A program made the position numbers and the translations under genes. Shown piece by piece: positions 19,629 to 29,320 of a DNA stretch of 50,275 bases (position 1 is its first letter; every line of letters begins with the position of its first letter). The DNA is from Flavobacterium sp. (GTDB lineage: Bacteria; Bacteroidota; Bacteroidia; Flavobacteriales; Flavobacteriaceae). The stretch spans positions 1 through 50,275 of the forward strand of contig JAYVKR010000206.1 of the NCBI GenBank assembly GCA_043768185.1. Direction: 5' to 3'. The notes under the pieces were generated by a model. That model was given only the letters and a program-made list of their open reading frames with translations, ran no database searches and was not told the DNA's origin.

Positions 19629-21134
19629 ATGAATCCCAATTCAAATAAGTTTGAAGATAGTTCCAATTATATTGGAAAAATCATAAACCAATTGCCTAAT
19701 ATTTTATTTCAATTTACAATATCTAGTGACTACATCATTGGTTGCGATTACATGAATGGACCTTTTTTTAATTTTTACGAACTTACAGTTCAAGATGTTT
19801 TAGAAAGAACAGATGATTGTATTAAAGAACGAATACATCCAGAAGATATAAATTTATTCAATTCTTCAATTGTTTCTTGTTTTAAATCATTAGAAAGATG
19901 GGAGTTATCATTTCGAGTTTTACTACCAAAAAAAGGTTTAAAATGGATAACAACATCTGCCAAGACCGAACGTTTAGAAAACGGAAGTGTAATTTTTTAT
20001 GGAGTTCAATCCGATGTTACACAATTAAAAAATAGTCAACAAGAACTAGAAATTTCTGAAGCTAGAAGTCAATTTGCCAATATGGCTTCCAATGTTGGCG
20101 TTTGGGATTGGAATTTAGTAACCAATAAAGTTTTTTACTCTAAAGAATCGCTAGAAATTTTAGAATTAGAAGAAAATGCTAAAGAACTTAGCAATCCAGA
20201 ATTTTGGGATGATAAAGTACATCCAGAAGATAGAGAAATTTATTTTGGAAATATAAAACTGCATTTTGACGGAATAATACCCTATTACGAAACTGTTCAC
20301 AGAGTATTGTGCAATAATAAATACAAATGGATTCTAGACAGAGGAAAAGTAATTAGTAGAGATGAAAATGGCAAACCAACTAGAATTGTTGGTACACACA
20401 CCGATGTTTCTAATCAAAAAAATAAAGAAGAAAAACTATTAAAAACATTAGAACTTGTTAATGATCAAAAAAATAAATTATTAAACTTTGCTCATATTGT
20501 ATCTCATAATTTAAAAAATCATACAGGAAATTTAAGTTCTTTAATAGAAATGAAAGAAACTGACATTTTAACTACTGATGAATTTTCTACTTATTTAAAA
20601 ACAGTTTCTGTAGAATTGTCTAACACAATTTTAAATTTAGAAGAATTAGTTAAAGTGCAAGAAACGGTTACAATAACTAAAGTTAATTTAAATTTAAATG
20701 AGTATTTAGATAAGACATTTAAAGTTTTATTTGACGATATAAATAAATCTAATGCTATAATTATTAACAATATACCTGTTAATGTTACTGTAAAATTTAT
20801 TCCTGCATACCTTGAAAGTATTTTGTTAAATTTGACTTCCAACGCTATAAAGTACTCTAGTGTAGATAGAAAATTAGAAATTATTTACACTGTAGAAATT
20901 GTTGATAACTTTATAATTTTATCAGTAAAAGATAACGGATTAGGCATAGATTTATACAGACATAAAGATTCTGTTTTTGGATTATATAAAACATTTCACG
21001 CTAACGAAGATTCTAGAGGTGTAGGTTTATATTTATCTAAAAATCAAATAGAATCTTTAAACGGAAAAATTGAAGTTGAAAGTGAAATAAATATAGGAAC
21101 AACATTTAAAGTGTTTTTTAATGAAGAATTTTAG
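19629..21134 (+). CDS. Cytoplasmic PAS/PAC sensor histidine kinase (copy 2)
   Basis: IHPED, VHPED, GTHTDVS, IVSHNLKN, NAIKY, DNGLG, GVGL; paralog of copy 1. Confidence 0.92.
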   Translation: MNPNSNKFEDSSNYIGKIINQLPNILFQFTISSDYIIGCDYMNGPFFNFYELTVQDVLERTDDCIKERIHPEDINLFNSSIVSCFKSLERWELSFRVLLPKKGLKWITTSAKTERLENGSVIFYGVQSDVTQLKNSQQELEISEARSQFANMASNVGVWDWNLVTNKVFYSKESLEILELEENAKELSNPEFWDDKVHPEDREIYFGNIKLHFDGIIPYYETVHRVLCNNKYKWILDRGKVISRDENGKPTRIVGTHTDVSNQKNKEEKLLKTLELVNDQKNKLLNFAHIVSHNLKNHTGNLSSLIEMKETDILTTDEFSTYLKTVSVELSNTILNLEELVKVQETVTITKVNLNLNEYLDKTFKVLFDDINKSNAIIINNIPVNVTVKFIPAYLESILLNLTSNAIKYSSVDRKLEIIYTVEIVDNFIILSVKDNGLGIDLYRHKDSVFGLYKTFHANEDSRGVGLYLSKNQIESLNGKIEVESEINIGTTFKVFFNEEF

Positions 21135-21519
21135 TAATGTATTTGTTGTAGATGATGATTTAGTTTTTCATTTTATTATGAAAAAGTTATTTGCAAAAAC
21201 TAATATTAATGTTAAAACAAGTTATTTTTTTAATGGTAACGAAGCAATAGATAATTTAAAAAATAATATCAATCAAGAAAATTCTGTTCCAGATTTAATT
21301 TTGTTAGATATAAATATGCCAGTTTGCGATGGTTGGCAATTTTTAGACGAGTTTAAAAAACTAAAACAATATTTAAAAAAAGAAATTATGGTTTACCTAG
21401 TTAGTTCCTCTAACGATCTATCTGATTTAAACAAATCTAAAGAATATGAAAACGAAATTCAACAATATTATAATAAACCAATGACTATTGAGAGTTTTCA
21501 AAATATTTTTGCAGCATAA
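21121..21519 (+). CDS. Single-domain response regulator (copy 2)
   Basis: VVDDD, PDLILLDINMP, SSS, NKP. Confidence 0.92.
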   Translation: MKNFSNVFVVDDDLVFHFIMKKLFAKTNINVKTSYFFNGNEAIDNLKNNINQENSVPDLILLDINMPVCDGWQFLDEFKKLKQYLKKEIMVYLVSSSNDLSDLNKSKEYENEIQQYYNKPMTIESFQNIFAA

Positions 21520-21542
21520 AATAATTTACTTCAAAATAAAAT

Positions 21543-21573
21543 AAAAACGTTTAAGAAATTAAACGTTTTTTTT
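21543..21573 (+). terminator. Intrinsic terminator after the two-component genes
   Basis: AAAAACGTTTAA-GAAA-TTAAACGTTTTTTTT. Confidence 0.8.
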
Positions 21574-21757
21574 GTTTTTTAATATTTCCATATTTTTTAA
21601 TTCTATATTCATCTTAATAAGCAAAGGTTTTGTAGATTTAATTCTACTATTTTTTACTACAATTATACACATAGTTTTAGAGTTAGAAAATTCTTATAAG
21701 AAAATTAATATAATATTATCTTAAATATAAGATTTATATTGTTAAAAATTAGTATTT

Positions 21758-21810
21758 ATGTATTTTGTCGTATAAATCTGCTTTTAATAGATAATAATTA
21801 AATAGTTTTG
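21758..21810 (+). promoter_or_regulatory. Promoter of the kinase-transporter operon: ATGTATTTTGTCG box plus TAGTTTTG -7 element
   Basis: 13-bp box identical to the one at 17527; -7 element at 21803. Confidence 0.6.
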
Positions 21811-21847
21811 CAATCTAATATGTGTTAATAATTTATTAAATAGCAAA

Positions 21848-22996
21848 ATGTCTAAATTGCATCTTTCTAGTTCGGCATCAATAGAACAACATGAAACAAC
21901 TTGGTATGTTTTTTTAAATTCTAAATCTTTTAGAATTAATGAAACTATTGCAATAGTTCTTAATAAATTTAAAGAACCAATAACTATTAACGATGTTTTA
22001 AAAGAATTAATACCAAATTCTCCATCCAAATCCAATGAAATTTTAGACTCTATAACCAATTTTTTATTAGAAATGAAAAAAATTGGAGTTTTAAAACGCG
22101 AAAATGCCAAAGATTATGTAGCAATACCACAACCATTATTTGAACTAAATTCTACACATCTAGAATATAAAATTGAAACGCTACTACTTATTAATAATCA
22201 TATTCAAATTTATAAAGTTTTTAATAAAAAAAGAAAAAAACAATCAGTAATAAAACTATTTGCTCACAAAGTAGAAGAATCTATAAATGATAGAAAATTA
22301 ATTAAAAACTATGAAATGTTTCTTCAAGAAATTGCTATTACAAGTAGCATTCCGCCACAAGAAAATATAAATGAGTACATAAAATCTGCTACTATTTATG
22401 ATTATTTGTTTTTTGAAATAGATTTTATAGATGGCGAAACCTTGTCTAAATGTGTAAAATTAAATTCTATAGAAAATAAAATTAAAAATGATATTGCCAA
22501 GCAATTACTTTCGGCAGTGTCACATTTACATTTAAACAACATTATTCACAGTGATATTCATGCAAGAAATTTTATGATAAATACTGATAATAAGGTTAAA
22601 ATGATAGACTTTGGTTTTTCTCACAATTTAGAAAATAAAACTTTAACTAAACAGTATATGGTAAAAGGTGGCGTAACTCATTACATGACTCCAGAAAGAG
22701 TACACGTTCATAGTTATAAATTTTCTAACGAATATTCTACAAAACAATCTGAAGTGTATCAAATGGGTTTAATACTTTATGCATTATACAAAGGATTAAA
22801 TCCTTTTAACAAAGTTAAAGACGAAATTACCTGGAAAGAAATGGCACAAGATATTTTAACAAGAGAATTTAATGAAGAAATTTCTGGAGAAGAAAATATT
22901 GATATAATTATTAGAAAAGCATTAAAAATTAAACCCGAAGATCGATTTTTATCTTGTGTAGAAATGCACAACGAGTTTATAAAAAGCATAAATTAA
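21848..22996 (+). CDS. Ser/Thr protein kinase with N-terminal PqqD/RRE-like domain; putative RiPP maturase
   Basis: VIK, FLQEI, HSDIHARN, DFG, YMTPE, PEDRF kinase motifs; the first ~85 aa have a three-strand/three-helix RRE-like pattern (FRINET..VL..F..P.T..DVL...FLLEMKKIGVL). Confidence 0.85.
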   Translation: MSKLHLSSSASIEQHETTWYVFLNSKSFRINETIAIVLNKFKEPITINDVLKELIPNSPSKSNEILDSITNFLLEMKKIGVLKRENAKDYVAIPQPLFELNSTHLEYKIETLLLINNHIQIYKVFNKKRKKQSVIKLFAHKVEESINDRKLIKNYEMFLQEIAITSSIPPQENINEYIKSATIYDYLFFEIDFIDGETLSKCVKLNSIENKIKNDIAKQLLSAVSHLHLNNIIHSDIHARNFMINTDNKVKMIDFGFSHNLENKTLTKQYMVKGGVTHYMTPERVHVHSYKFSNEYSTKQSEVYQMGLILYALYKGLNPFNKVKDEITWKEMAQDILTREFNEEISGEENIDIIIRKALKIKPEDRFLSCVEMHNEFIKSIN

Positions 22997-23035
22997 AACT
23001 AATAAATAGTACATAAAAATAAGAAATAACAAGTT

Positions 23036-25420
23036 ATGGCTAAAACAGACCCACAGTTAAAGTCTAATGATTGCGGAATAAGTGTAATAAAAACAATTTA
23101 CAATATATTTAATCTAGACATTAGTAGAAAATATATTGAAGATAACATTGCACTTGAAGAAAAAGGATCAAGACTAATTGATATAAAAAATTTTTTAGAT
23201 GCAAATGGTTGCGAAGCCAATTATAAGCTATTAGACATTAATTACATTCAAGGAAATAAAAGTACGCTTGATGCACTTTTTCCTTTTATTTTGCCTTTAC
23301 AAAACAAATCTGGTTTACATTATGTTGTTGTAAACGGACGAGCCAACAATAAATTAAAAATTTACGATCCGGTAAAAGGAAGTCAATATTATCTATCAAT
23401 TCAAGAATTAAAAAAGCATTCTTTTTTTAGTAAAAATTATTGGGATTTAGCCAAAACCGATGAAAAAATTGCAGCACTTTGTACAGAAGATTTAAGTAAT
23501 TATGGAATTAAATATGACGATGTTGCGCTAGAAAATGACAACACAATGTTATTTAACAAGCTTACTTATTTTACTTATTTAAAAGAAAACTTTGGCTTTA
23601 AAAATAAAGTTAAAGAAAAAGAATTTGTACTTGACTTATTAAAAAATCAAGATATTTCTACAATACCCAAACATTTTAAATCATTAAAATACAGTTCAGA
23701 CAAAGTAAAAGTAACTGCGCCGTTAATATTAACAGTTAAAAAAGTAGTTTCTAAACAAAAGTTAGAGTTTCCCAAAGACGATAGTAGAAGTGTATACTGG
23801 CAATTATTTAAGCAAATTGGTCAGTTTAAACAACTGTGGTACATCTATATTTTTGCCGCATTATTTTCTGCAACAACAGCACAATTATCGGTTTTTACTA
23901 GTCAAATTTTAATTGATGATGTTTTGCCTTCCTATAATTTAAATACTTTAGTATTATTTGCAGTAGGAATAGGAGTTTATAAATTGTTTGATCTTTTTAC
24001 CTCATTATATAAAGCGTTTGTAGCCATACATTTAGGAAATTCGTTAGATAAATTTTTCTTGCAATCATTTGATAATAAGTTAAATACATTTTCGTTGCCT
24101 TATATTTCATCTTACAAGAAAGGCGATTTGCTAGAAAGAGTAAGCGATTCTTTAAAACTAAAATCATTCTTTTTACGCTATTTTACAAGTATTTTAGTAG
24201 ACGTTTCTGTAGCAATATATTCACTAGGAATACTATTTTATATTAACTGGAAAATCGCAATTATTGTTTTAATAGTAATGCTATCCTTTTTTACTTGGTT
24301 TAAAATAATAACACCAAGACTAAGACAAAATGAACGAATTAGATACATTAGTAAAGCCGACTTTTTATCTAAAATGATAGAAAAAATAGAAGGAATTCAA
24401 GTTATTAAAAGTTTTAAAATAGAACAATATCATTCTAATAAAATAAATTTAGGAATATCTAATTATTTAAAAATTCAATTAAAAAACGGTTATATAGATT
24501 TAATTAACCGATTTGTTGTTACAATTATTATATCTTTTTCATCTATAATGATATTGATATTGTTAACCAAGTTGGCTATAGAAGATCAAGCTATTACACT
24601 AGGTCAAATAGTTACATTTATTGGTCTTTCGGCAAGTATATTCTCTTCATTAAAAAGCATTTTAGAAGACAATCTTTCGCTTCAAGAAAATGAAGTAATA
24701 TTAAAACGAAACCTAGATTTTAATGAAGAATTACCTCTTAATTCAGCTAAAGGAATTAAAGATTTTACCATACAAAATGTGGCTATTAAAGATTTAAACT
24801 TTGGTTATTTTGACGATCAACCCATTTTAAAAAATATAAATTTTAATTTTAATAGTGGCGATAAAATAAAAATTGAAGGACAAAATGGATCTGGAAAATC
24901 TACACTTAGCAAGGTTTTAACAGGATTGTATTATCCTAAATCTGGCGATTTTTTAATAAACGATAACATCAATAAACTTTATGATCCAAATAAAATAAAA
25001 GATAAAATTTTATTAGTTACCAATGAAGATACTTTGTTTAATGACACCATTGAAGGAAATATTTTATTAGGAAAAGATATAAGTAGAAGTATAATTATAA
25101 ATTATGCTAAGCAAATAGATTTTTATGATTTTATTGCCAATAAAGAAGAAGCATTAGATTTTATTGTTAATGAAAATGGTAAAAATTTATCTACAGGTCA
25201 AAGAAAAAAGATTTTACTTTTAAGAGCATTACTATCTAAAGCTGAGGTTATAATTCTAGATGAAGTACTCTCTGGAATGGACATAGAGAGTAGAATTAAA
25301 GTAGAGCAATTAATAAACGATGATAAACGTACTTTTATAATAATATCGCACGAGCCAATAGAAAAAATAAGTTTCACTAAAAAATATAAAATTACCAATG
25401 GAGAACTCAATATTATATGA
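23036..25420 (+). CDS. Peptidase C39-containing ABC transporter (PCAT)
   Basis: Q....DCG, HYVVV, IYDP triad; multi-TM domain; GQNGSGKS, LSTGQ, ILDE, ISH. Confidence 0.93.
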   Translation: MAKTDPQLKSNDCGISVIKTIYNIFNLDISRKYIEDNIALEEKGSRLIDIKNFLDANGCEANYKLLDINYIQGNKSTLDALFPFILPLQNKSGLHYVVVNGRANNKLKIYDPVKGSQYYLSIQELKKHSFFSKNYWDLAKTDEKIAALCTEDLSNYGIKYDDVALENDNTMLFNKLTYFTYLKENFGFKNKVKEKEFVLDLLKNQDISTIPKHFKSLKYSSDKVKVTAPLILTVKKVVSKQKLEFPKDDSRSVYWQLFKQIGQFKQLWYIYIFAALFSATTAQLSVFTSQILIDDVLPSYNLNTLVLFAVGIGVYKLFDLFTSLYKAFVAIHLGNSLDKFFLQSFDNKLNTFSLPYISSYKKGDLLERVSDSLKLKSFFLRYFTSILVDVSVAIYSLGILFYINWKIAIIVLIVMLSFFTWFKIITPRLRQNERIRYISKADFLSKMIEKIEGIQVIKSFKIEQYHSNKINLGISNYLKIQLKNGYIDLINRFVVTIIISFSSIMILILLTKLAIEDQAITLGQIVTFIGLSASIFSSLKSILEDNLSLQENEVILKRNLDFNEELPLNSAKGIKDFTIQNVAIKDLNFGYFDDQPILKNINFNFNSGDKIKIEGQNGSGKSTLSKVLTGLYYPKSGDFLINDNINKLYDPNKIKDKILLVTNEDTLFNDTIEGNILLGKDISRSIIINYAKQIDFYDFIANKEEALDFIVNENGKNLSTGQRKKILLLRALLSKAEVIILDEVLSGMDIESRIKVEQLINDDKRTFIIISHEPIEKISFTKKYKITNGELNII

Positions 25421-26615
25421 TACTAAATCCATACGATTTATAAAAATTATTTTTAGAATAACGCTGTTTTTTACAATCGTTGGAATAGGTTTATTGTTTT
25501 TATTACAAATTAATGATTCGATAAAATTTAACGAAGGTTCTATTTATTCTAATAATCCACAAGTTAAAATAAATGCGCCTAATGAAGTAAAGATTTTAAA
25601 AATAAATGTTGCCGAAGGTGAAGAAGTTAAAAAAGGCGACACCATATTTGAACTAGAAAATTTAAAAACACAAGCCGATTTTGATATTGTAAATCTAGAC
25701 GTTACAACTCTAGAAGAAAAAATTAAAAACTGCAATATGTTAATAAACAGTTCTGTACAAGAAAAAACGGCAATGCAACGATTAATTGCAATACAATCTA
25801 ATATTTTTAGTACAGACAAGAAAAAAACAGAACAAGAAATTAAAAATCTTAACAGTAAAATTGGTTGGTCTAAAAAGCAAAGTAATGATATAACAGAACG
25901 TTATAAAACAGATTCTATATTGTATGCCAAAGGTGCAATTTCTAAGTTAGAGTTGTCTGAACAGTCTAAAAATAGAATTGATGATAAAAAACAAGAATCA
26001 GACATAACAACCAATTATCAAATTAAAAAATACGATTATAATAATCTTGCCAATAATTATCAAAAAACGGCAAGCGATTTAAAACTTAATATAATTGCTA
26101 TAGACAATCAAATACTTAATTATAAAGGTCAAATATTAGAATTGCAATCGCAAATTGACAATAAAAAAGTAAATATGAAATATTTTAAAGATGAGTTGGG
26201 CAAGTTAATTGTACTTTCTCCATTTAATGGAACCATATCTAACTTGTTTAATGACAAACAAAATTTGCAAATTATTAATAAAGGAGAATTGTTAACAATT
26301 ATATCTCCAAATCAAGAAAACTATTATTCTAAAGTTGCGTTAACAGACAAAGATTTAATTTATGTAAAAAAAGGTCAAGAAGTTAATTTAAAATTAGATG
26401 CCTATAATTTTTATAAATATGGTGCAATAAAAGGAGTAGTTTCTTATGTTTCTGAATCAGATATTAATAATAAATTCTTTTGTATTGTAAAATTAAAAAA
26501 ATACAACGAAAGAATTAAATTAAAAGCAGGTTATAGTTTAAAAGGAGAAATAGTTATTGATAAAATGAGTCTTTTTAACTACATGATGAAAAAGCTGTTT
26601 AAAAAACTAGATTAA
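25398..26615 (+). CDS. HlyD-family membrane fusion protein
   Basis: N-terminal TM, V.EGEEVKKGD lipoyl half, long coiled coil, SPFNGTI, KYGAIKG.V. Confidence 0.92.
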   Translation: MENSILYDTKSIRFIKIIFRITLFFTIVGIGLLFLLQINDSIKFNEGSIYSNNPQVKINAPNEVKILKINVAEGEEVKKGDTIFELENLKTQADFDIVNLDVTTLEEKIKNCNMLINSSVQEKTAMQRLIAIQSNIFSTDKKKTEQEIKNLNSKIGWSKKQSNDITERYKTDSILYAKGAISKLELSEQSKNRIDDKKQESDITTNYQIKKYDYNNLANNYQKTASDLKLNIIAIDNQILNYKGQILELQSQIDNKKVNMKYFKDELGKLIVLSPFNGTISNLFNDKQNLQIINKGELLTIISPNQENYYSKVALTDKDLIYVKKGQEVNLKLDAYNFYKYGAIKGVVSYVSESDINNKFFCIVKLKKYNERIKLKAGYSLKGEIVIDKMSLFNYMMKKLFKKLD

Positions 26616-26636
26616 AAAACAAAACATTTTTTTGAG

Positions 26637-27950
26637 ATGAAAAAAATTAGTTACACCATAATACTATTACATTTAGTTTTGTTTTCTTACTGTCAAGAAA
26701 ATTTAAGCTTAACAGATTGCTTTTTTATAGCATTAAAAAATAATTTAAATTTAAAGGACGAACAGTTTAACGCAAAAATATCTAAGACTAGAGTAAATGC
26801 TGCCAAATTAAAAGCGTTGCCAAGTATTAATAGTAGTGCAACCAACAGATATTCTTGGGGAAGATCTATAGATCCAGATTCTAACAGTTACATAGAAACA
26901 CAATTTAGTACAGTTTCTGGCGGAATTGGAAGTTCGTTTAATTTATTTTCTGGATTTCAAAATTTAAATGCTATTAAACAAGCCAAGCAAGACTTAATGA
27001 TTAACAAAGTTAATTATGCACAAGTTGAAAACGATTTAAAAATTAATATAGCTTCTAAGTATACTTCAATTTTATTTTTACAAGAAATAGTAAAATCGCT
27101 AAAAGCAGAAAAGGAATCTACAACTAAACAGTTGGAAATGATTGAACTAAAGTTTAAAGCTGGTTATTTATCTGAAAGTGAAGTTTATAAAGTAAAATCG
27201 CAACTTGCCAATTTAGATGTAACTTTAATTACAACCGAGAATGAATTAGATATAAATTTTTTAGATTTAAAACAGTTACTAAATTTAGATGTTACTAAAA
27301 CAGTAACATTAAATCCATTAATAAATGAGGATTTTACAATATTAGAATTAGAAAAAGAAGAAGAATTTGTATCTAAAAATGTAGAAATTTATCCTATGTA
27401 TCAAATATCTAAACTACAATTGCTAAAATCTAAAACAGATATTAGTTTAAATAGAAGTGCTTTGTTTCCTAAAATTAGTTCTAATTTTAATTACAATTCT
27501 TTTTATACAAGTAGTAAAGAATTAATAACTTTTAACAATCAAATAAATTTAAATTTAAATTACAGTGTAGGATTTTCTGTTTCTATGCCATTATTTAACC
27601 AATCTCAAGCCAGATCTAAAATTAAAGAAAGCAAACTTATTTATTTGCAAAATAAAGTAAAACTAGATTTAGAAAAAATGCGCGTTACTAAAATTCTTTA
27701 TCAATCTGTAAAGGATGCAAAATCTGCAAAGAAAAAATATGAAGCTGCAAAATTAAATTTTGAATTCTCATCTAAAAGTTATGAAGCTGATATTTTAAAA
27801 TTTAATTATGGAAAAATAAATTTTAATGATTTAATAGTTACTAAAAATGAATACTTAAATTCTCAATCTAATTTGATAAAATCCAAGTATGAATTTTTAT
27901 TTAATAATGCATTGATAAATTTTTATAAAGGAAATGATTTTACGCTATAA
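26637..27950 (+). CDS. TolC-family outer-membrane efflux protein
   Basis: Signal peptide, ALKNN, LPSI, LFSGF, S.PLFN, KF..G repeats. Confidence 0.9.
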   Translation: MKKISYTIILLHLVLFSYCQENLSLTDCFFIALKNNLNLKDEQFNAKISKTRVNAAKLKALPSINSSATNRYSWGRSIDPDSNSYIETQFSTVSGGIGSSFNLFSGFQNLNAIKQAKQDLMINKVNYAQVENDLKINIASKYTSILFLQEIVKSLKAEKESTTKQLEMIELKFKAGYLSESEVYKVKSQLANLDVTLITTENELDINFLDLKQLLNLDVTKTVTLNPLINEDFTILELEKEEEFVSKNVEIYPMYQISKLQLLKSKTDISLNRSALFPKISSNFNYNSFYTSSKELITFNNQINLNLNYSVGFSVSMPLFNQSQARSKIKESKLIYLQNKVKLDLEKMRVTKILYQSVKDAKSAKKKYEAAKLNFEFSSKSYEADILKFNYGKINFNDLIVTKNEYLNSQSNLIKSKYEFLFNNALINFYKGNDFTL

Positions 27951-28030
27951 TTATTAACATAATTTTAATAGTTTATATTCTACTTTAATTTATTAAAAAT
28001 AAATATTTTCTTATAAATTAAATGTTATTT

Positions 28031-28082
28031 ATGTATTTCATCGATTTTATTTGCATTTAAACTGATTTAATTCTTATATTTG
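28031..28082 (+). promoter_or_regulatory. Promoter of precursor 1: ATGTATTTCATCG box, TTTG (-33), TATATTTG (-7)
   Basis: Box at 28031, TTTG at 28050, -7 element at 28075. Confidence 0.65.
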
Positions 28083-28124
28083 TATTGTTAAATTTTAATA
28101 TTAAATAAATTTTAAAAATAATAT

Positions 28125-28157
28125 GGTCGCTTTAACACTCAAGACCTTTAATGGAGT
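28125..28157 (+). promoter_or_regulatory. Conserved 5'-leader motif, copy 1 (pseudoknot-capable)
   Basis: GGTC GCTTTAAC ACTC AA GACC TTTAATG GAGT. Confidence 0.7.
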
Positions 28158-28175
28158 AACTAATAATTGTCCCAA

Positions 28176-28337
28176 ATGATTACATTAGAAAAATTAACAC
28201 AAGAATTAAGAATTGAAAATTTAGATTTAGTAGTTGGTGGAGGAAAAAAGCCAAAGAGTGTAAAATCTCTTAGTAATTCTTCTAGTTCATCACATTCGTC
28301 ATCAACAGACGTGGTAGTTGTAGTTGATACTAAATAA
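28176..28337 (+). CDS. Double-glycine precursor peptide 1, 53 aa: MITLEKLTQELRIENLDLVVGG-GKKPKSVKSLSNSSSSSHSSSTDVVVVVDTK
   Basis: Translated by hand; GG leader with hydrophobic -4/-7/-12 positions; paralog of 30033..30215. Confidence 0.92.
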   Translation: MITLEKLTQELRIENLDLVVGGGKKPKSVKSLSNSSSSSHSSSTDVVVVVDTK

Positions 28338-28358
28338 TACTTTTTTTAGTTATTAATT

Positions 28359-28388
28359 AAAGACTGTCTTGTGGCAGTCTTTTTTTTT
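28359..28388 (+). terminator. Terminator after precursor 1
   Basis: AAAGACTGTC-TTGT-GGCAGTCTTTTTTTTT. Confidence 0.85.
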
Positions 28389-28584
28389 GGATAATGGTAA
28401 TCATAATAATTATTTGTAAAACCATCGTTGAACTACATACCTCTTGTAGATAAACGATTTTATCGTTAGTTTGTAGATTTTATTTTAGAGATAGTTACAA
28501 TGTTTATATTTTTACATCAGAAATAAAAACAAAGAGTAATTTCATTACCTAATAGTAGTTTTACTATTGAAATTATTTTTTAAA

Positions 28585-28616
28585 GGTCGTTTTAACACTC
28601 AAGACCATAATGGAGT
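28585..28616 (+). promoter_or_regulatory. Conserved 5'-leader motif, copy 2
   Basis: GGTC GTTTTAAC ACTC AA GACC ATAATG GAGT. Confidence 0.7.
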
Positions 28617-28636
28617 AAAACTAAAAATCGTCCCAA

Positions 28637-28801
28637 ATGATTTCATTAGAAAAATTAACACAAGAATTAAACATTAACAATTTAGAATTAATAGTTGGTG
28701 GAGGAAAAAAAGTAAAAAGTATAAAAAGCATAAGCGAATCTAGTTCTGCTTCTTCTCACTCTTCATCATCAGGTTCATCATTTGAAGCACCAATAAAATA
28801 A
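28637..28801 (+). CDS. Double-glycine precursor peptide 2, 54 aa: MISLEKLTQELNINNLELIVGG-GKKVKSIKSISESSSASSHSSSSGSSFEAPIK
   Basis: Translated by hand; conserved GG leader. Confidence 0.92.
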   Translation: MISLEKLTQELNINNLELIVGGGKKVKSIKSISESSSASSHSSSSGSSFEAPIK

Positions 28802-28823
28802 TAATTTTATAAAAATATAAATT

Positions 28824-28853
28824 AAAGACTGTCCATTGGCAGTCTTTTTTTTT
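28824..28853 (+). terminator. Terminator after precursor 2
   Basis: AAAGACTGTCCATTGGCAGTCTTTTTTTTT. Confidence 0.85.
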
Positions 28854-29050
28854 GGGTTTGTAGCGAATATAATAATTATATAATAAACTATCGATGAACT
28901 ACATACCGCTTGTAGATAAACGATTTTATCGTTAGTTTGTAGATTTTATTTTAGAGATAGTTACAATGTGTTTATTTTTACATCAGAAATAAAAACAAAG
29001 AGTAATTTCATTACCTAATAGTAGTAACATACTATTGAAATTATTTTTAA

Positions 29051-29082
29051 GGTCGTTTTAACACTCAAGACCATAATGGAGT
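29051..29082 (+). promoter_or_regulatory. Conserved 5'-leader motif, copy 3
   Basis: Identical to copy 2. Confidence 0.7.
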
Positions 29083-29102
29083 AAAACTAAAAATCGTCCC
29101 AA

Positions 29103-29267
29103 ATGATTTCATTAGAAAGATTAACACAAGAATTAAGCATTGAGAATTTAGAATTAATAGTTGGTGGAGGAAAGAAAGTAAAAAGTATAAAAAGCATAAG
29201 CGAATCTAGTTCTGCTTCTTCTCACTCTTCAACATCTGGTTCATCATTTGAAGCACCAATAAAATAA
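29103..29267 (+). CDS. Double-glycine precursor peptide 3, 54 aa: MISLERLTQELSIENLELIVGG-GKKVKSIKSISESSSASSHSSTSGSSFEAPIK
   Basis: Translated by hand; core differs from precursor 2 by one S-to-T change. Confidence 0.92.
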   Translation: MISLERLTQELSIENLELIVGGGKKVKSIKSISESSSASSHSSTSGSSFEAPIK

Positions 29268-29290
29268 ATAATTTTATAAAAATATAAATT

Positions 29291-29320
29291 AAAGACTGTC
29301 CATTGGCAGTCTTTTTTTTT
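29291..29320 (+). terminator. Terminator after precursor 3
   Basis: AAAGACTGTCCATTGGCAGTCTTTTTTTTT. Confidence 0.85.

Noticed and set aside
28153-28156. GGAG in the leader motif as a Shine-Dalgarno sequence
   Set aside because: It lies 17-21 nt from the ATG, and Bacteroidota generally do not use SD pairing.
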